A stretch of DNA of 64,000 bases from Candidatus Dormiibacterota bacterium (GCA_963833055.1 CAWHWM010000005.1:9321-73320); one strand, 5' to 3'; counted from the first letter of the stretch, positions 11,176 to 21,234 are shown. A program made the numbers and translations. The notes: a model not told the origin generated them from the letters alone.

Positions 11176-11260
11176 GCCGGGCTGGCGAAATGGCAGACGC
11201 GGCGGTCTTAAAAACCGCTGGGGGGAAACCCTCGTCCGGGTTCAATTCCCGGGCCCGGTA
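11176..11260 (+). tRNA. tRNA-Leu (anticodon TAA), class II with long variable arm
   Basis: GCCGGGC-TG-GCGAAATGGCAGACGC-G-GCGGT-CTTAAAA-ACCGC-(17-nt variable arm)-CCGGG-TTCAATT-CCCGG-GCCCGGT-A; all stems pair (one G-U), D-loop has GG; CCA not encoded. Confidence 0.85.
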
Positions 11261-11290
11261 GCGAAGTTGAAGCGAAGCAGGAGTCATGAG

Positions 11291-11632
11291 ATGACGCGGT
11301 ACCTGATCTCGTTCGATGACGGTGCGATGGCCTTCCCCGAAGAGGAACTTCCTGACGTGGCAGATGCTGCGCACGCGGTGGTCCGGCAGGCCGAGGACGC
11401 CGGCGTCTGGGTGTTCGGCGGCGGGCTGAAGGACCAAACAGAGACGAGCGTTGTGGGCATCGACGGGACGATCAGCGACCGCGTGTCCCAGGAGAACAAG
11501 CAGTATGTCGGCGGCTTCGCGGTCGTCGACGTGCCTTCACGCGAGGAAGCGCTGCGGTGGGCTGCAAAGTTCGCCGTTGCATGCCGCTGTGCTCAAGACG
11601 TTCGCGAGTTCGTTCCCGACCCGGCGGTCTGA
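11291..11632 (+). CDS. YciI-like (YCII-related/DGPF domain) protein
   Basis: ATG 11291 with AGGAG 8 nt upstream; small acidic alpha/beta protein (MTRYLISFDDGAMAF...VWVFGGGL...GGFAVVDVPSREEALRWA) typical of the YciI fold. Confidence 0.75.
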   Translation: MTRYLISFDDGAMAFPEEELPDVADAAHAVVRQAEDAGVWVFGGGLKDQTETSVVGIDGTISDRVSQENKQYVGGFAVVDVPSREEALRWAAKFAVACRCAQDVREFVPDPAV

Positions 11633-11642
11633 TCGGGACCCC

Positions 11643-12035
11643 ATGATGGACGACAGCGACGACATCATTGACCTAAACGATGACGTCATCGACGGCGCCT
11701 TCCCGGGGCGCAAGGGAGATGTCGACGCCGTCTCGTGGCAGATCTCGGAGGAGACGGAGTATCGGCTGTATTTCGGGCGCCTCTCACGACACTGGGGGAT
11801 CGCGAGCTGGGGGTTGGTCACGCTGAGTCGAGGTGCCGTGGTCGATCAGGCCATGTACGACCATCGCCCGCCGGCGTTCACTCGCGATGGGCTCGCCACG
11901 TGGCTGGTCGGCTCGGGGGTCGATGCGGGCGCGGCCCTGCAGCTGACAGACCTGGCCATGGAAGCGCGAGGAGATCTATTCCCTGGCGAGCAAGCGCTGG
12001 GGACGGAACCACAGCAACGGACCGACGACCAATAG
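11643..12035 (+). CDS. hypothetical protein (130 aa, acidic N-terminus)
   Basis: ATG 11643 in frame of ORF 11451-12035; no recognisable domain; codon usage consistent with coding. Confidence 0.4.
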   Translation: MMDDSDDIIDLNDDVIDGAFPGRKGDVDAVSWQISEETEYRLYFGRLSRHWGIASWGLVTLSRGAVVDQAMYDHRPPAFTRDGLATWLVGSGVDAGAALQLTDLAMEARGDLFPGEQALGTEPQQRTDDQ

Positions 12036-12167
12036 GCCGAGGAGGAGCAGCGCCAGTCCCGAGCCGATGACGACCAGTCACCGCGAGGACGACCAGTGGG
12101 AGCCGGCGACGTCAGCAGCCGGCTTTTGTCCCAGGGCTCACGGTGCTCCGATCCGCGTGTGTGCGGC

Positions 12168-12596
12168 TCAGATTCTGGGCGGCATCGGCGGGGGTGCCGG
12201 CGCATTGCTCACGCCGATATACCGATCCCACAGGTCGTTGAGGTGGCTCTGGTAGTAGAGCGAGTGCAGGCCGAACACGAACGCCAACAGCAAGCCGAGC
12301 CCCCCGGACGCCCGGCTTGGACTGCCACTTGCCGCCTCCATTCTCGCGATCCGATTGCCGAGGCGATAGATGGCCACGAATGGCGGGACGATCAGGATGA
12401 ACCCCAGGACGAACGCCAGGACTGACATGGCCGGCTTGATCGATTCGTCCCCGAGGTAACGGCGCGCTTCGTCATTGATCTTGTAGATCCACACGTAGGA
12501 ATAAATGCCGAGCGTGATGAACGGCAATCCCAACCAGACGCCGACGATGTTCCGCTTCTTGTACGCCTGATTGCCGATGACGACCGTCTGGGACAC
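12168..12596 (-). CDS. DUF4234-family membrane protein
   Basis: Motif NIVGVWLGLPFITLGIYSYVWIYK and second TM pair; proline-rich C-terminus; family recalled from conserved WxG...GIYxxxW pattern. Confidence 0.7.
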   Translation of the reverse strand: MSQTVVIGNQAYKKRNIVGVWLGLPFITLGIYSYVWIYKINDEARRYLGDESIKPAMSVLAFVLGFILIVPPFVAIYRLGNRIARMEAASGSPSRASGGLGLLLAFVFGLHSLYYQSHLNDLWDRYIGVSNAPAPPPMPPRI

Positions 12597-12920
12597 TGCG
12601 ACACCTCCCGATGGCGGCCCGCAGGGACCTCGCCTGTGGGCAGAGTGTAGATCGGTTCCCCTCTCGGCGCCGGGTAGCGGTATGCGGGTTGCGGCCCCAT
12701 TGACAAGGCGTTCTTCACCGACATCACCACGGGCTCAGCCGGGAGCTCCGCGACATGCAAGGCCTCGAAGGGCTGGGACTGGCCGACGGGTCTTGGTACC
12801 CCACACGCCAACGGGCTGGTGAGCGAGCTCGCGAATATCTAGTCCAAGGAACCACGCAATGGGCGTCAGCGTCGCGGGAGGCGCTGCCGCCCATGCGGGG
12901 TGTCGCTCGGACTGCGTGCG

Positions 12921-13100
12921 TTACCCGACGGACAGCCCGAAGAGGTGGAGCAGAAGGTAGAAGAGCGCCAGGCCTGCCGCCACCCCAAGCGCCACGAGGA
13001 CGAAGAGCAGGCACGAGAAGGTCGGCAGGTCGACGTCCTTCAGCCGGCGCGGCGGCGGCGAGGGCGGTTGGAAGGCTGGCGGTCTCTGTTCGTCGGGCAT
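12921..13100 (-). CDS. hypothetical small protein (59 aa): proline-rich N-terminus + C-terminal TM
   Basis: ATG at 13100 with GGGGAG 4 nt upstream; MPDEQRPPAFQPPSPPPRRL... then LLFVLVALGVAAGLALFYLLLHLF. Confidence 0.3.
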   Translation of the reverse strand: MPDEQRPPAFQPPSPPPRRLKDVDLPTFSCLLFVLVALGVAAGLALFYLLLHLFGLSVG

Positions 13101-13299
13101 CGCTCTCCCCATCGTCGACCTCACACAAAGGCCGAACCCCCGCAGTATGCTCGGACCTCGCGCTCCGGTCCACATGGTCCGTGAGGTGGGTCCGTCGGGC
13201 TACATGGACCCCGCGGTGCTTGATGAAGATCGCACCGCCGCGGCACGCGCCGATGCCCCCAACCGGCAGGCCATGCCTTGGTGCAACATTCGGAGCCGC

Positions 13300-13410
13300 A
13301 TGGACACGAGGACGAAGTGGGTGATCGGCATACTCCTGTTCCTCGCGCTTGTGCTGCTGGTCATCGGCGGCATCATGGCGATCGCCAGCCCGCCGGACGC
13401 GTGCTGCTGA
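13300..13410 (+). CDS. hypothetical small membrane protein (36 aa)
   Basis: ATG 13300 with GGAG upstream; MDTRTKWVIGILLFLALVLLVIGGIMAIASPPDACC. Confidence 0.25.
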   Translation: MDTRTKWVIGILLFLALVLLVIGGIMAIASPPDACC

Positions 13411-13451
13411 TCGGCATCGACGTGACACTGGAAGTTGGGGGCGCACGAGGA

Positions 13452-13805
13452 ATGTTCCTAGGGCTGCGATCCGTGATCCATCCGGCGCCAGATCTGGCGA
13501 AATCCAAGGCCTGGTACACCCAGGTGCTCGGCCAGGAACCGTATTTCGACGAGCCGTTCTACGTCGGCTTCAACGTCGGTGGCTACGAGCTCGGGCTCGA
13601 CCCCAACGGCGATGTGGCCGCCGGCCCGGTCGCGTACTGGGGCGTCGAGAATGCAGACGAGGCGTTCGCGCAGTTGCTTGCCAGTGGGGCGACGGAGCAC
13701 GCCAAGGTGACCGATGTCGGCGACGGCATCCGATTGGCGACTGTGCGCGACGCCATGGGCAACGTGATCGGCGTCATCGAGAACCCGCATTTCAAGCTGC
13801 CCTGA
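13452..13805 (+). CDS. VOC-family protein (glyoxalase/bleomycin-resistance fold)
   Basis: ATG 13452 with GAGGA upstream; 117 aa; conserved VOC fold recognised by recall, with metal-ligand His/Glu candidates (HPAPDLAKS...GYELGLDP...HAKVTD). Confidence 0.75.
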   Translation: MFLGLRSVIHPAPDLAKSKAWYTQVLGQEPYFDEPFYVGFNVGGYELGLDPNGDVAAGPVAYWGVENADEAFAQLLASGATEHAKVTDVGDGIRLATVRDAMGNVIGVIENPHFKLP

Positions 13806-13814
13806 TCTGACCGA

Positions 13815-14645
13815 TTGCTTCGAGGATCACAACGCGACGCTATCGGGATCGTGGCGCTGCGACGGACGTTCAGCGTGATTGCTGACGACCCGGAGTCGCT
13901 CCGAGCCTTGCTCGCGCGGGAGGGGTTCATCGCAGCGGACGAGGAGTCGGCGCAACTGCTCGCCTACGCCCGGGGCGATCGGGAACTCCTCGATGCCGCC
14001 GTACGCCGGCGCCTTACCGGCGAGCCGCTCGCATGGATCACCGGAAGCGTCTCGTTCTGCGGCCTGGAGATTCGTGTCGATCGCGACGTCTACGTGCCGC
14101 GCTGGCTCACCGAGCCGCTGGCGAGGCGAGCGGTCGCGCGCTTGCCCGAGCAGGGAGTGGCGGCGGATCTCTGCACCGGCAGCGGCGCACTCGCCGTCGT
14201 CTTGCAAACGCATCGTCCCGGCGCTCGGGTCGTGGCCACCGACATCGACCCGCGCGCCGTCGCGTGCGCGGCCGGCAACGGTGTCGACGCCCTGGTCGGT
14301 GATCTCTTCGCGCCGCTGCCGGACGATCTCATCGGCTCTCTCGACGTGGTGGTCGGGGTTGTTCCGTATGTGCCCACATCCGAGCTCCCGCTGCTGCAGC
14401 GCGACACGTTCACCTTCGAGCGCCCGCTGTCCTATGACGGAGGCGCCGACGGCGCCGACATCCTGCGCCGCGTGCTCGCCGACGCCCCGCGATTCCTCAA
14501 ACGAGGCGGCGCGATCCTGCTCGAGGTCGGCGGCGACCAGGCAGCGCTCCTCGAGGCTGACCTCGAGCGCCTCGGCTACGGAGACGTGAGCATCCTCACC
14601 GATGAGGACGGCGACGTTCGAGGGATCGAAGCCACCCTGGGTTAG
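13815..14645 (+). CDS. HemK/PrmC-related class-I SAM-dependent methyltransferase (putative protein glutamine-N5 MTase)
   Basis: SAM motif I ADLCTGSGALA, acidic motif VVATDIDP, motif IV variant VVPYVP in place of NPPY; start uncertain (TTG 13815, GTG 13848 or 13872). Confidence 0.7.
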   Translation: MLRGSQRDAIGIVALRRTFSVIADDPESLRALLAREGFIAADEESAQLLAYARGDRELLDAAVRRRLTGEPLAWITGSVSFCGLEIRVDRDVYVPRWLTEPLARRAVARLPEQGVAADLCTGSGALAVVLQTHRPGARVVATDIDPRAVACAAGNGVDALVGDLFAPLPDDLIGSLDVVVGVVPYVPTSELPLLQRDTFTFERPLSYDGGADGADILRRVLADAPRFLKRGGAILLEVGGDQAALLEADLERLGYGDVSILTDEDGDVRGIEATLG

Positions 14646-14689
14646 CGTCGCCTGGTGAGCGCCCCGTGACGCTACCATCGGGCGTGCCC

Positions 14690-15856
14690 ATGCGTACGTC
14701 CCCGTTTGCCATCGCCAACCTCGCAGTGATCGTGGCGATCGCGGGCTCCACGCTCATGGCGGTCGGCTCGGGCCGGCACACCGATTTCACCGCTCAGACG
14801 CAGCAGCTCGAGCAGCAGTGGACGGAGATGAGCAGCGAAGGGGTGGCGCCGAGCGCGCTCGCCCCGCTGAAGAACGCCCTTCGGACGTCGTCCTACCAGG
14901 CGCCGTGGTGGTCACCGGCATGGTGGAACGACCCGGGCACCGCCTTTGTCCAGCGCCTCGAAGCCGGGACCGACGGAGTGTGGAACCAGGCGATGACAGC
15001 CGCGCGGACGCACGCAACCGCCGCGCTCCTCGGCTGGGATCTGATGGTGGAGCGCAACGCTCCGATGCTCACGTCCGCCACCATCGCGCTGTCGACCTCC
15101 TGGTCAACCCAACTCGCGGCCGCAACCACGCCCGCGGCCGTCGAGGCACTCTCAGCGGACCTGGTCACCCAGACCGCAAACGACCAGACCGAAGCGCTCG
15201 CCGACGAGGGGACGAACATCGCCGCCCTGCCCAGCCGCCTGCACCAGGTGCTGCTCGACGCAGACCAGGCCGGCGCAGAGAACATCGCGGGATCCGCAGC
15301 CTTCCTGACCGCATATCAACACCTCGCAACAGCTGTTGCCGCGAAGCCGGGCACCGCGGCGATGGCCATCCTCAGCGCCCAGGTGACCTCCCTCGCGTCA
15401 ACGGTCACCGCGACCCTTCAGAAAGACGCCTGTGGCCACAACGTCCCCTCAGGCAAGGCAATCGTGATCAACCTCACGCTGCAGGAAGCCCTCTTCTACC
15501 AGAACGGCTGCGTCCTCGAGGCAACACCCGTGACAAGCGGCCGCCGCAACGAGCGCACCCCAACCGGCACCTTCCACGTCTTCCGCAAAGACTCGCCAGT
15601 GCTCTTCACCTCATGGGCACCCCGCTCATCGCCGTACTGGTACCCGCCGGAGCGAGCGAACTACGCGCTCGAATTCACCGTCGTCCGGGCCGGCATCTTC
15701 CTGCACGACGCCCCATGGGAACCAACCAGCGCCTTCGGCCCCGGCAGCCAGAACACGGACAACGCCAGCCACGGCTGCGTCCACGCACCAACCTCAGTGA
15801 TGGCCTGGGCCTATTCCTGGGCCAACATCGGCACCCCAGTCATCGTCGTCGACTAA
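14690..15856 (+). CDS. L,D-transpeptidase (YkuD domain) with N-terminal membrane anchor
   Basis: ATG 14690; TM IANLAVIVAIAGSTLMAV; C-terminal YkuD catalytic region ...FLHDAPWEP...SHGCVHAP. Confidence 0.8.
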   Translation: MRTSPFAIANLAVIVAIAGSTLMAVGSGRHTDFTAQTQQLEQQWTEMSSEGVAPSALAPLKNALRTSSYQAPWWSPAWWNDPGTAFVQRLEAGTDGVWNQAMTAARTHATAALLGWDLMVERNAPMLTSATIALSTSWSTQLAAATTPAAVEALSADLVTQTANDQTEALADEGTNIAALPSRLHQVLLDADQAGAENIAGSAAFLTAYQHLATAVAAKPGTAAMAILSAQVTSLASTVTATLQKDACGHNVPSGKAIVINLTLQEALFYQNGCVLEATPVTSGRRNERTPTGTFHVFRKDSPVLFTSWAPRSSPYWYPPERANYALEFTVVRAGIFLHDAPWEPTSAFGPGSQNTDNASHGCVHAPTSVMAWAYSWANIGTPVIVVD

Positions 15857-16043
15857 CCACCGGCCCAGGGCGACGGACCGCGCCTTCGCCAAACACCACA
15901 TCTGTTGCGTGTAGCCAGCGCAGCTTCCAGGTCAGCAGAGGAACGGATGTCGTCACGACTTCCGGCTCCCGAGAGAGCTCGATTGTTGCGGTTGCGAGAC
16001 CGGGGGCACCGAAGCAGAGCGGATGTGCACGTCACGGAGTGGA

Positions 16044-16172
16044 GGGCGACGGGGCACGGGCAGCACCCAGCGAATTTGACCGCTCCCGAGTGAGTGCGAC
16101 AATCTGCTTGCGCGAGGGAGGGAGCGGGCAAGCTGGAAAGCTGAGCAGGGTGCTGCCCGTGCCCCGTCGCCC
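16044..16172. repeat. 25-bp perfect inverted repeat with 79-nt spacer in a convergent intergenic region
   Basis: GGGCGACGGGGCACGGGCAGCACCC (16044-16068) and its exact reverse complement GGGTGCTGCCCGTGCCCCGTCGCCC (16148-16172); spacer has an inner 8-bp IR and an imperfect ~40-nt direct repeat with 15965-16005. Confidence 0.6.
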
Positions 16173-16184
16173 GTGCATAGCGAA

Positions 16185-17474
16185 CTACGCGACGGGCGCA
16201 GCTGCAAGCGAAGTGACCGCCTCCTCGATCACCCCAATCGCGCGATCGAGTTCTTCTTCGCCGATGACGAGCGGCGGCTGGATCCGGACCACGTTCCCGT
16301 GCGCCCCCCCGACCCCGATGAGGACCCCGCGCTCACGGCAGTGGCGCTTCACGGCTGCCGCCTCGGCGACGGCGGGCTCCTTGGTGGCGCGGTCGCGTAC
16401 CAGCTCAACGCCGATCATGAGGCCGGATCCGCGGACGTCACCGACGAGCTCGGACTCGACGGCGAAGGCGTCGAGCCGGGCCATCGCCATCGTCCCAACG
16501 CGCGCCGCACGCTCGGGCAGGCGCTCCTCGAGCAGCATGTCGATGGTGGCGACGCCGGCGGCGCACGACACCGGGTTGCCCCCGAACGTGCTCATGTGAT
16601 CACCGGGTTCGAACGCGTCGGCCACCTCCTCGCGGGCGATGAAGGCGCCGAGCGGGAATCCGCTCGCGATTCCCTTGGCCATGGTCATGATGTCGGGCTC
16701 CACGTCGTATGCCTCGACTGCGAACATCCTGCCGCTGCGCCCGAAACCGCTCTGCACCTCATCGACGATCAGCAGGATGCCGCGAGCATCGAGCAGCTCC
16801 TTCACGCGGCGGAGATATCCCGCGGGCAGCGGGATGATGCCGCCCTCGCCCATGATCGGCTCGACGAGGAACGCGGCAACGTCGTCACTCGTGTCGTAGC
16901 GGATGACGTCCTCGACAGCGTCGGCGCACGCCAGCGAGCACGACCCCGAGCACATCCGGCAGCGATACGGATCCGGCGTCGGCGCGAACGCGATCCCCGC
17001 AATCTGTGCGCCACCGCGGTGCTTGCGCAGCGCGTTGCCGGTGACCGCGAGCGCGCCCGCCGTCCTGCCGTGGAAGGAACTCTGCAGGGCGATGATCTCG
17101 CGCCGTCCCGTGTACGCACGTGCGAGCCGCAGCGCCCCTTCGACGGCCTCGGCGCCGCTGTTGCCGAAGAAGGTCTTCTGCAGCCGTCCCGGGGTGATCT
17201 GGGCGAGCCGCTCGGCCAGGTCCGCGACGACTGGGACGTGATAGACATACGAGCACGAGTGCACGACCTTGTCCATCTGCCGCTTGGCGGCTTCCGCAAC
17301 CTTCGGGGGCACGTGACCCGCGTTGACGACGCCGATTCCCGAGTACAGATCGGTGTACTCGGTCCCGTCGGTCGCGGTGACGGTCGCGCCGCGTGCACTC
17401 TCGACGGTGATGGGCTCGACGCCCGCGAGCGCGCTGGTGTTCACGTAGCGGCGGTACTTCTCGACCGTGTCCAT
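16185..17474 (-). CDS. class-III (aspartate aminotransferase family) PLP aminotransferase, GABA/putrescine-type
   Basis: 429 aa; LIVDEVQSGFGRSG, TMAKGIASGFP (Lys), GGNPVSCAAG. Confidence 0.9.
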   Translation of the reverse strand: MDTVEKYRRYVNTSALAGVEPITVESARGATVTATDGTEYTDLYSGIGVVNAGHVPPKVAEAAKRQMDKVVHSCSYVYHVPVVADLAERLAQITPGRLQKTFFGNSGAEAVEGALRLARAYTGRREIIALQSSFHGRTAGALAVTGNALRKHRGGAQIAGIAFAPTPDPYRCRMCSGSCSLACADAVEDVIRYDTSDDVAAFLVEPIMGEGGIIPLPAGYLRRVKELLDARGILLIVDEVQSGFGRSGRMFAVEAYDVEPDIMTMAKGIASGFPLGAFIAREEVADAFEPGDHMSTFGGNPVSCAAGVATIDMLLEERLPERAARVGTMAMARLDAFAVESELVGDVRGSGLMIGVELVRDRATKEPAVAEAAAVKRHCRERGVLIGVGGAHGNVVRIQPPLVIGEEELDRAIGVIEEAVTSLAAAPVA

Positions 17475-17489
17475 GGTTGCGCGCTCCTC

Positions 17490-18266
17490 TCAGAAAGTTG
17501 GCGGGGTGTTGACCCAGAACAGACGGGTCGTGGCACTGGACTGATTCATCCAGCGATGCTGCTGGGCACTGTGGAAATACAGGGTGTCGCCCGCCTCGAT
17601 GTGGTAGTGCTCGACATCGTCGAGCCACACGTCGAGCTCGCCGCTCAGGACGTAGAGCGCTTCCTCCCCGTCATGAGCGTATGCGCCACCGCTTCCTCCT
17701 CCCGGGGCGACGTTGAAGATGTCGATCTCGAGCACCGCGTTGGGAAACGTGACCAGGTCCTCCATCTCGACACGGTCGAAACCGCGCAACCGGCGGCGCT
17801 CGGCGGAGCGCACCAGCTTCGGGCCGGCGGCGCCGGCCGGAGCTGCACCGAAGAACTCGAGCAGCGTGCCGCCGTATGCCGAAGCGACGCGCTGCAGCAG
17901 CGAAACCGACGGCTCCGCAAGGCCACGTTCCACAAGGCTGAGATACGACGCAGAGATCCCCGCGCGCTCCGCGGCGGTGCGCAACGACAGGCTCCGTCTG
18001 GTGCGTGCCGCGCGAAGTCGCTTGCCGACCACGGGGTCTTCGGGCACGGTTTCGCCTGCGATGAGCGAATGCAGCGCGGGTGGCGCGAAGCCACGCGTGA
18101 GCAGCGCGCGGACGTCGCGCAAACGGGCGATGTCCTCGGACGTGTACCGGCGATGGCGGCCACCGGCGCGCATCGGGCGGATCAGCCCCTTGCGCTCCCA
18201 CGCTCTGAGCGTCGACGGGCTGACGCCGACTCGCCGGGCGACCTCGCCGATCCGGATGTCGTCCAC
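17490..18266 (-). CDS. transcriptional regulator with MerR-type HTH + XRE-type HTH + cupin domain (PuuR-like)
   Basis: GTG 18266 with GAGGAG upstream; IRIGEVARRVGVSPSTLRAWERKGL (MerR), LRTAAERAGISASYLSLVERG (XRE), C-terminal cupin (GGAYAHDGEEALYVLSG...YFHSAQQH); the upstream 198 aa of the 456-aa ORF are an R-rich artefact. Confidence 0.8.
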   Translation of the reverse strand: MDDIRIGEVARRVGVSPSTLRAWERKGLIRPMRAGGRHRRYTSEDIARLRDVRALLTRGFAPPALHSLIAGETVPEDPVVGKRLRAARTRRSLSLRTAAERAGISASYLSLVERGLAEPSVSLLQRVASAYGGTLLEFFGAAPAGAAGPKLVRSAERRRLRGFDRVEMEDLVTFPNAVLEIDIFNVAPGGGSGGAYAHDGEEALYVLSGELDVWLDDVEHYHIEAGDTLYFHSAQQHRWMNQSSATTRLFWVNTPPTF

Positions 18267-18347
18267 GCGGACACTCCTCGACACGACGGGGTGCAGGCAG
18301 CAGGTACGCTGTCCGACCCGGTCGAACTTGTCACTGTTGAGTAGATT

Positions 18348-19662
18348 ATGAGCCTCTGGGCCACCCCCGGTCCGCCGGGTCCGCACACCGCACCACTCGC
18401 CGAGGACTATCGCGAGACCCCGCTCTGGTGGGACGACACGACGTTCCCGGTACTTGATGAGTCCGCGCTGCCAGGAACTGCCGATGTGGTGGTTGTCGGC
18501 GCCGGATTCACCGGGATGACGGCGGCAATTCGCATTGCCTCGCACGGCAAACAGGTGGTGGTCGTTGACAGCGGTGCGTTGGGGGAGGGTGCCAGCGGCC
18601 GCAACGCCGGAATGATCCACGCAGGCGTGCGCCGCGACATCGCGTTTCTCGAGCGCAAGCACGGCCCCGCCGGCAAGGCGCTGCACGACGCGAGCGTTGA
18701 GGCGTATGCCTTCGTGGCGAGGACCGCGGCGGCTGCGGCGCCTGATGCCCATTACACGCAAACCGGGCTGGCTCCATCTCGCACACAGGGCATCGCGCAT
18801 GAAGGGATTGCGCGCGGAGGAGCTCGAGCGCAGGCAGCTGCTCGGCGAATCGACGGTCATGCTCGAGGAACCGGCGCTCGAAAGCGAGTCGCCGTGCCGT
18901 GGGTTCTACGGCGGGATGCTCACCGACAACGGCGCGAGCATTCATCCCGCTCGGTATCTGGCCGGGCTCGTGCGGCTCGCGATCACCAACGGCGCGGCGA
19001 TCCACGCGCACACGCAGGTCCGGTCGATCGAGCGGGTCGGCGCGGGAGTGGTCGTCCACACATCGCGCGGCGATGTCAGCGCCGGCGACGTGCTCGTTGC
19101 GACCAACGGATATACAGACGCCGCAGCCCCCTGGGCACGGCGTCGCATCATCCCGATCGGCAGCTACATCATCGCGACCGAGCCACTTGGCGATGTGCGT
19201 GCGGCGGACGTGAGCCCGCAGCGCCGGATGATGAGCGACTCGCGCAACTTCCTGCACTACTGGCGCCTGTCGCCCGATGGCCGGCTGGTCTTTGGTGGCC
19301 GGACGAGCTTTGCGCCGGTCACCGTGCAGACAGCCCGCGATCGCCTCTACAAAGCGATGATCGCCATGTATCCGCAGCTCGCCGGCGTGCGCATCAGCCA
19401 TGCGTGGACGGGCAACGTTGGCTTCACGCTCGACCAGCTGCCCCACCTCACGCGGTCCGACGGCATCACCTATGCGATGGGCTATTGCGGCAGCGGAGTC
19501 GCGCTCGGCAGCTGGATGGGAACGCTCGCCGGTGAGTGGATTGCCAGAGGTGCCCAGCCGGCCTTTGCGGACATCCGCTTTCCGCGGATCCCGCTGTACC
19601 GGGGGCACCCCTGGTTCCTCCCACTCGTTGGGCTGTACTACTCGTTACTCGATCGGCTTTGA
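18348..19662 (+). CDS. FAD-dependent oxidoreductase (DadA/glycine-oxidase family; gamma-glutamylputrescine-oxidase-like), apparent frameshift near 18768
   Basis: Dinucleotide fold VVVVGAGFTGMTAA...DSGALGEGASGRNAG in frame 0; rest of the protein (ATNGY...GYCGSGV...) continues in frame +1 (ORF 18697-19662). Confidence 0.8.
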
Positions 19663-21234
19663 GCAGTTGCGTCGGCAGTCGGATCTGCCGCCGCTCCAGG
19701 CGTGCTGAGCGCAGCGGCAGCGCCCGCAAGCTCCATCGTTGGACCTCCGGCGATTTGAGCCGCCAGACGGCCGTTCTTCATGACGTACGCAACGGTCTTC
19801 TCACGGAAGAACCCCGTCTTGTTCAGCAGAGCCGCCAGGCCGGTCAGCGGGATGCCGATCACGAACGTGATGATGATCGGCACCGAGTCGCTCGGGTCAG
19901 AGGCGATGACCTGATAACCAACCCAGAACAAGAAGACCCCACCGATGAACGGCAGCAGGCCGGCCAGCAGGAACAGTGAGGGTGAAGTGAACAGCACCTT
20001 TCGGAACGCCCAGGTGCAGGCGAGACCCGTGATCCCGTAGTAGAAGGCAACGAGGACTCCGATCTGGAGGATGAGCTGGCCGAACGTATTCCCGATCGGA
20101 CCCCAGAACGTGGAAATGATCACGACGACGGAGAGCGCGGTTGTGATCAACGTGCCCACCCACGGTGTCTGCCAGTCCTTGTGCACGATCCCGAAGATCT
20201 TCGGGAAGACGCCGTCGCGTGCCATCGAATACGACAGCCGGCTCGACGGGAGCAACGTCGTCTGCACGGTGGCGACGGTTGAGGAGAGGACCGCGAGGAC
20301 CATCAGGTAGGTGATCGGTGCTCCGCTCAGTGATTGAGCGAAGAAGTAGAGGATGTCGCCGCCGTTGTTGCCGATGCTCGTGAGGTTGGACGCGGAGGTG
20401 ACCATATCGATCGCTGTGGCCGAGAAGAGGAAGAGGACGAGCAGCACGACCATGCTGATCAGCCCGGCATAGCCTGGCGTCGTCTCAGCGTCCTTGGACT
20501 CCTCATTGACATTCGCCGCGGTGTCCCATCCCCAGAAGAAGAACACTCCCAGCGCGGCACCGGCGGCCAGACCATCAATGTTGTGCAGCGAGAGCGGGTT
20601 GAACCAGCTCCCCTGCACAGGCTGCGCTGCCGGGTGGCCGCCGAGCACCTTGACCACGGCGGCGATGCAGAAACCGACGACGATGAAGTACTCGATCGCG
20701 AGGAGCACCCACTGGAAGTTGGCGGTCAGGCGGATGCCCTTGACCACCATGTAGGTGACGAACAAAAGCCACGCGACGCCGGCGAAAGCCTGCCAGAACG
20801 CGCTCGATGCAGCGTCAGCGCTGATCCAGCCGAAGCTGTTGAAGAGCTGCAGGGTGTATGCACCGGCAACGATTGGGGCGGCGGCACAGAAGAGGACGTT
20901 GGCGCACAGCTGAACCCACCCGCCAAGCCACCCGATATAGGGGCTCATCGTGCGGCTCACCCACGAGTACGACGCGCCGCAGTTGGGGTCCTGCCGGTTG
21001 AGGTAGTAGTAGGCAAGCGCGATGAACGAGCACCGGGAAGAAGCTCACGAGGATCGCTGCCGGAGACGCGGCGCCAACGGCCACGAAGAGCACTGCGATC
21101 GTCGCCGCAAGGCTGTATGCCGGCGCGACACTCGAGGTCGCGATGATGGTGGCGTCGAAGAGATTCAGGGTATTGGTCTTCAGCTGTGAGACCACCTGTT
21201 TCCCGTGAACGATTGGCTCCGCTAGCGTCGCCAT
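19638..21234 (-). CDS. APC-family amino acid/polyamine permease, apparent frameshift near 21015
   Basis: N-terminal segment (ORF 20815-21234, ATLAEPIV...LFDATIIATSSVAP) and main body (ORF 19638-20960, about 12 TM) are in different frames; joining them restores the conserved SFIALAYYYL segment. Confidence 0.8.

Noticed and set aside
12724-13446. 240-aa minus-strand ORF as a protein-coding gene
   Set aside because: The translation is extremely Arg/Ala/Pro-rich with no hydrophobic core or motifs, and it overlaps two better-supported small ORFs. Treated as non-coding.
17490-18860. The 456-aa ORF as one regulator gene
   Set aside because: The first 198 aa are an R-rich artefact with no domain. 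The MerR HTH begins exactly at GTG 18266, which has a GAGGAG Shine-Dalgarno. The gene is called 17490-18266.
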